Origin: an uncultured Candidatus Saccharibacteria bacterium
GTDB lineage: Bacteria; Patescibacteriota; WWE3; UBA101185; UBA10185
DNA length: 64,000 bases
Assembly (NCBI GenBank): GCA_964385105.1
Contig: CAYLMU010000001.1
Location: 194,252 to 258,251, forward strand
Direction of reading: 5' to 3'
Shown: positions 59,766-64,000 of the stretch, piece after piece
How positions within the stretch are numbered: the stretch's first letter is position 1
Layout of the letters: every line of letters starts with the position of its first letter
Notes under the pieces: generated by a model
What the model was told of the DNA's origin: nothing
The model's input: the letters and a program-made list of their open reading frames with translations, nothing else
The model's database searches: none
Translations under genes and position numbers: made by a program

Positions 59766-62534
59766 ATGAATTCAAAGAACTTTTTGTCCTCTTTATTGAA
59801 TGTTAATTATTGGCTGCTCACTGCAGGTATGAATTTTGTAATCTCAACATTAGTACTGCTTGGTATGTTTTCGTTTGGCATGTTTAATGCAGGTACAACC
59901 CTGGGTACAAGCACGGTGACTTTGAGCCCACGACAGGACACAACTGTAAAAGAAGATTATGCCACAAGAAATTATGGATCCGATTCCGAGCTCATTTCAG
60001 ACGGAAAACCAAAAAGAATTGCCTATTTACAATTTGATCTTTCAAGTATTAATCGCTCACAAACCATAACAAGTGCTGTTCTTCGAGTAAGAACAACATC
60101 AAACGCTGAATCAAGGGATGTAAGGAAGAATATTAGGTTGGTAACAAACAACAGCTGGAACGAGTCAAGCATGACTTGGAGAAACAGACCTTCAGTTGGA
60201 ACAAGCATTGGATCATTGCGAACTTCAGTGAGGGCTAATCAAACTTATGATATTAATCTAAGTGCTGCACATGTACAACCATATGCAGGTAGAACTTTTT
60301 CTTTGGCTATAGATGACACCTCAAACGGATCTATACTCACATTAAACTCAAAAGAAGCACGTAGTGGCTCTCCTCAGTTAATACTAACTGTTGAGACGCC
60401 TGATGTTAAAAATACACCGCCTGTTGCCAGAATTAATACAAACACAACTTCCGGAAATGCTCCTTTAACTGTTGAATTTGATGGAAGCAGGTCATCTGAT
60501 GCTGATGGGAATATTGTTGCTTATTCATGGAATTTAGGTGATGGAAATACGTCAAACGATCAAAAAGTCTCACACACTTATGTAAAATCAGGTGAATATA
60601 GAATTCAGCTTACAGTAACTGATAATAGTGGAGCTACGGCTTCAGCCAACACAACTATAAATGTAACAGAATCAGGGGGCGGAGATTCCGGTGGTAGAGG
60701 AAATGTTATTTTAACTCCAACTGATGACGCGCATGTGAAACAGTCTTATGGAGGAAATAGAAATTATGGTACTGATGCAACACTGGAATCCGATCAAATA
60801 CCAGATTCAGGATCAGCACGAGTTACTTACATTAAATTTAACCTCACACCTTATGCAAATGCCACACTAAATTCAGCCAGATTGAGATTGACTGTGAATA
60901 ACGGCTCATCTGATAGACAAAATATAAAGTTAATTGGTGATAATAACTGGAATGAAAATTCAATAACTTATCTAAACAGACCTTCAACAAGTTCCGCACA
61001 GATAGTTACAACGCTTAATAGTGTATCAACTAATCAAGTGCTGGATTTGGATTTAACAACAAATCTGCGGTCATATTTGGGACGTACTGCAACTATTGTT
61101 GTAGAAAATACCGGATCTGACAGAATGGTTTTGAATTCAAAAGAAGCAGGAAATGTTGTATTACGTCCTCAACTAACATTAAATATTGGCGGAGACACAG
61201 TACCTCCTCCACCGTCTAACCAACTTCCAACAGCAAGAATTACGGCAAATCCTGTAAACGGAGAAGCACCTTTAGCTGTGACATTCAATGGTTCAGGTTC
61301 AACAGACCCGGATGGAAGTATTGTTGCCTACTCATGGAATTTTGGAAACGGCTCACGTGCAACGGGAGCTTCAACATCACATACATATAATGTAGTTGGA
61401 AATTATACGGCAGTACTAACTGTTACAGATAATGCCGGAGGTCAGGCATCAGCAAATGTAACTATAAATGTTACGTCTACCACACCACCACCGCCTCCGC
61501 CACCACCTCCTCCCCCTCCTCCGCCACCACCGGGATCAACGGGCGGAATCTGGATTTCACGAGATGAAGTTAGAGCTTTACCAACAACAGGTGCTGCAAG
61601 TGCCGGATGGCAGAATGTGTTGACAGCTGCAAGCAATAACTTCAGTAGACCAAATATTGCAGATCAGAACGATCCGGATGATGTGTATGCATACGCAGCA
61701 GCCCTTGTTTATGCAAAAACCGGAGACGAAAGTTACAGAACTAGAGTAGTTGAAGCTATACGCAATGCAAGAGGAACCGACAACGGTGCAAGTATTTTAT
61801 CAGTTGCACGAAATATTCAGGCTTTGGTTATAGCTGCGGATTTAATAAATCTATCGGATTTTCCTTCTGAAGATCAGGCATTTAGAAGCTGGATTTCTAA
61901 GATGAGAACTACAGTTTACTCGGGAGCCGGACCGTCACTCTCTATAGTTACATGTCAAGAGCGAAGACCGAATAATTTCGGTACACACTGTGGCGCAGCA
62001 CGAATGGCTATAGATTTATATATTGGCGATACCGCTGATTTTAATAAAGCCGTTAATATCTATAAAGGTTATTTAGGTGATCGAAGCGCATACACCGGTT
62101 TTGTGTTTGGAGAGCTTTGTTACGCACATAGCCAAACACAACCTGTAGGTATTAATCCACCGGGTTCTACATTAAGAATTGGCAATAACGCCTATAATGC
62201 TGATGGTATATTGCCTGATGACCAAAGAAGATCAGGCTGCCCAGCAGAATATCCATATCCTGATGAAAACTATGTATGGGAAGCTTTGCAAGGTGTGACA
62301 GTACAAGCTGAAATATTACACAGAAGAGGTATGGATTCTTATAACTGGTCAAGTAGAGCATTATATAGAGCAGTAAACTGGCTCCATTCGGTAAATGGAT
62401 TTCCTGCAACAGGCGATGACCGATGGGTACCATGGATTATTAATAAAAGATACAGTACTTCGTTTCCAGCCCAGACTCCGGGGTCAGTGTCGGTTGGTAA
62501 AGGAATGGGATTTGCAGAATGGACACACAGATAA
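59766..62534 (+). CDS. Membrane-anchored or secreted (DNRLRE-PKD)x2 - polyPro - alginate-lyase-like protein
   Basis: N-terminal hydrophobic segment; two DNRLRE/CBM96-like units (YLQFDLS, W.E..TW.NRP, SKEA..PQL); two PKD domains (YSWNLGDG, YSWNFGNG); 16 Pro; helical C-terminal domain with PNNFGTH and YVWEALQG. Confidence 0.75.
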   Translation: MNSKNFLSSLLNVNYWLLTAGMNFVISTLVLLGMFSFGMFNAGTTLGTSTVTLSPRQDTTVKEDYATRNYGSDSELISDGKPKRIAYLQFDLSSINRSQTITSAVLRVRTTSNAESRDVRKNIRLVTNNSWNESSMTWRNRPSVGTSIGSLRTSVRANQTYDINLSAAHVQPYAGRTFSLAIDDTSNGSILTLNSKEARSGSPQLILTVETPDVKNTPPVARINTNTTSGNAPLTVEFDGSRSSDADGNIVAYSWNLGDGNTSNDQKVSHTYVKSGEYRIQLTVTDNSGATASANTTINVTESGGGDSGGRGNVILTPTDDAHVKQSYGGNRNYGTDATLESDQIPDSGSARVTYIKFNLTPYANATLNSARLRLTVNNGSSDRQNIKLIGDNNWNENSITYLNRPSTSSAQIVTTLNSVSTNQVLDLDLTTNLRSYLGRTATIVVENTGSDRMVLNSKEAGNVVLRPQLTLNIGGDTVPPPPSNQLPTARITANPVNGEAPLAVTFNGSGSTDPDGSIVAYSWNFGNGSRATGASTSHTYNVVGNYTAVLTVTDNAGGQASANVTINVTSTTPPPPPPPPPPPPPPPPGSTGGIWISRDEVRALPTTGAASAGWQNVLTAASNNFSRPNIADQNDPDDVYAYAAALVYAKTGDESYRTRVVEAIRNARGTDNGASILSVARNIQALVIAADLINLSDFPSEDQAFRSWISKMRTTVYSGAGPSLSIVTCQERRPNNFGTHCGAARMAIDLYIGDTADFNKAVNIYKGYLGDRSAYTGFVFGELCYAHSQTQPVGINPPGSTLRIGNNAYNADGILPDDQRRSGCPAEYPYPDENYVWEALQGVTVQAEILHRRGMDSYNWSSRALYRAVNWLHSVNGFPATGDDRWVPWIINKRYSTSFPAQTPGSVSVGKGMGFAEWTHR
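61485..61532 (+). repeat. 16-codon polyproline tract (CCN repeat)
   Basis: CCACCACCGCCTCCGCCA... in frame, linking PKD2 to the putative catalytic domain. Confidence 0.9.
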
Positions 62535-62548
62535 ACAATCATAAAAAC

Positions 62549-63148
62549 ATGAGAAAATTTTTATTTGGTTTTTTTATTTTGGGTCTTGGCGGATTACTTT
62601 TGACCGGGTTTATATTAAGTAACACTCCGGAAGCTGTACAAAATTCAGATTCGAGTGTTTTTAGCAGATTTTTGGGTAATACTTTTACCGGTAATAACGC
62701 TCCAGAACAGCCAACCGGTTCGGGTGAAATTGTTGAATTAGAAGACCCGATGATTAATATGCTTGAAGTTGATGAAGTAAGAGAAGTTGTAATAGACGAG
62801 GAAGATGCACTGGTAGCTCAACTAACCGATGTTTCAGGAGGCACTGGTATAGGTACTGCTTATCTACTTCGAGATGAAGGAACTTTATACCATTATGTCA
62901 CGGTGACTCTTCCCGGTGTTGAGGGTGAAAATTTTTATGAAAGTTGGCTGGTAAACGAAGAGACTAATGAATTCTATTCAACAGGACAATTACAAAAAGG
63001 TGCAAATGACACTTTTGAGCTTGGTTATTCGGAAAATAGCATGCTTGACGGTTACAACAAAGTTGTGATTACACTGGAAACAGTTTATGACGATACACCT
63101 GAAAAACATGTATTAGAAGGAACAGTAGTTGAGAGAATTTTGGAGTAA
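62549..63148 (+). CDS. Membrane-anchored protein with RskA (anti-sigma-K) C-terminal-like domain
   Basis: N-terminal TM; YESWLV...STGQL...VVITLE...TPEKHVLEG; start set at ATG 62549. Confidence 0.55.
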   Translation: MRKFLFGFFILGLGGLLLTGFILSNTPEAVQNSDSSVFSRFLGNTFTGNNAPEQPTGSGEIVELEDPMINMLEVDEVREVVIDEEDALVAQLTDVSGGTGIGTAYLLRDEGTLYHYVTVTLPGVEGENFYESWLVNEETNEFYSTGQLQKGANDTFELGYSENSMLDGYNKVVITLETVYDDTPEKHVLEGTVVERILE

Positions 63149-63263
63149 CTTTTTTCTTTTGCCCTAAACTTGCTACCATCAACAAAACCCTTGATTTTCT
63201 TTGTATAACTGTTACTATAATGCATGCAAAATCAGTAAAAATTTTTGCTAAGAGCGTTAATAC

Positions 63264-63292
63264 TTGTTAAATGACGTTTTAGCTTATATAAT
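63264..63292 (+). promoter_or_regulatory. Dedicated tuf promoter (second candidate at 63191-63218)
   Basis: TTGTTA-17nt-TATAAT; upstream TTGATT-16nt-TACTAT. Confidence 0.5.
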
Positions 63293-63349
63293 CTGAATAA
63301 TTTGCTCTTTTAAGTAAATATTTAACAAGTCTAAGAAAGGACATTTAAA

Positions 63350-64000
63350 ATGGCAGTTTTTGAAAGAAATAAACCACACGTCAACGTTGGTACTATTGGT
63401 CACGTTGACCACGGTAAAACAACATTAACCGCAGCTATTACAAAAACATTGGCTGACAAAGGTTTTGCTAAATTTAAACAATACGATGAAATTGATAAGG
63501 CTCCGGAAGAAAAGGCAAGAGGTATTACAATTAATGTTACTCACGTAGAGTACGAAACAGAAAAAAGGCATTATGCCCACATTGATGCTCCGGGTCACGC
63601 TGACTACATCAAAAATATGATTACAGGTGCTGCTCAAATGGACGGTGCAATTTTGGTTGTATCCGCTCCTGACGGACCAATGCCTCAAACAAGAGAACAC
63701 ATCCTCTTGGCAAAGCAGGTTAACGTTCCGGCAGTTTTGGTATTTATGAACAAAACCGACATGGTTCAAGATGCTGAACTTCTTGACCTTGTGGAACTTG
63801 AAGTAAGAGAACTTTTAACCAAATATGGATTCCCCGGAGAAGACGTACCTGTTATAAAAGGTTCAGCACTAAAAGCTTTAGACGGTGATCCTGAAGCAGT
63901 AAAAGCTATCGAAGAACTCATGAACGCTGTAGACGAATACATTCCTACACCAACAAGAGATCTTGATAAGCCATTTTTGATGCCTGTTGAAGACGTATTT
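63350..64000 (+). CDS. tuf: Elongation factor Tu, running off the window end
   Basis: Not in the track; [30 protein letters not shown]...[21 protein letters not shown]; SD AAAGGA. Confidence 0.99.
   Translation, partial: MAVFERNKPHVNVGTIGHVDHGKTTLTAAITKTLADKGFAKFKQYDEIDKAPEEKARGITINVTHVEYETEKRHYAHIDAPGHADYIKNMITGAAQMDGAILVVSAPDGPMPQTREHILLAKQVNVPAVLVFMNKTDMVQDAELLDLVELEVRELLTKYGFPGEDVPVIKGSALKALDGDPEAVKAIEELMNAVDEYIPTPTRDLDKPFLMPVEDVF

Noticed and set aside
1-64000. CRISPR array, tRNA, rRNA, tmRNA or IS element
   Set aside because: Intergenic gaps are all under about 340 nt, with no periodic direct repeats, cloverleaf T-arm/CCA patterns or transposase motifs
1-64000. Alternative genetic code 25 (TGA = Gly)
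   Set aside because: Conserved genes are full length under code 11, and TGA ends genes at ATGA/GTGA overlaps (for example 1920, 11079, 31887)

Overview
AT-rich core-chromosome segment of a reduced-genome bacterium using genetic code 11. Short IF-2, HrcA, PGK, TPI and RpoB, loss of rimP/rbfA/truB from the nusA-pnp region, sortase plus PilN/PilO, and a VirD4-like ATPase-FtsA-like-baseplate-J-like-RuvX cluster point to a Patescibacteria/CPR genome, most likely Microgenomates/WWE3-like (inference). Housekeeping loci include ftsK, rnj, pnp, rpsO, infB, nusA, hrcA-grpE-dnaK/dnaJ, lepA, murJ, rpsT, holA, tpiA, pgk, lysS, serS, uppP, secA, lepB, rpoBC, rpsL-rpsG-fusA and partial tuf. No rRNA, tRNA, CRISPR array, transposase or integrase was seen. 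Main observations: (1) a pgk-ferredoxin-miniAOR-tpiA operon with no gap gene, whose 277-aa AOR/GAPOR-family protein keeps all four Fe-S cysteines but appears to have lost the pterin-binding parts; (2) a Lon AAA+ module with no protease domain, among RNA-decay genes; (3) a LysRS-HD fusion; (4) three tandem divergent ~80-aa paralogues; (5) a VPSTG sortase-substrate candidate facing a sortase; (6) apparently leaderless core genes contrasting with orphan cassettes that carry strong Shine-Dalgarno sites; (7) a DNRLRE-PKD polysaccharide-lyase-like gene inserted between fusA and tuf. All family calls come from motif recognition by eye; no database searches were run.
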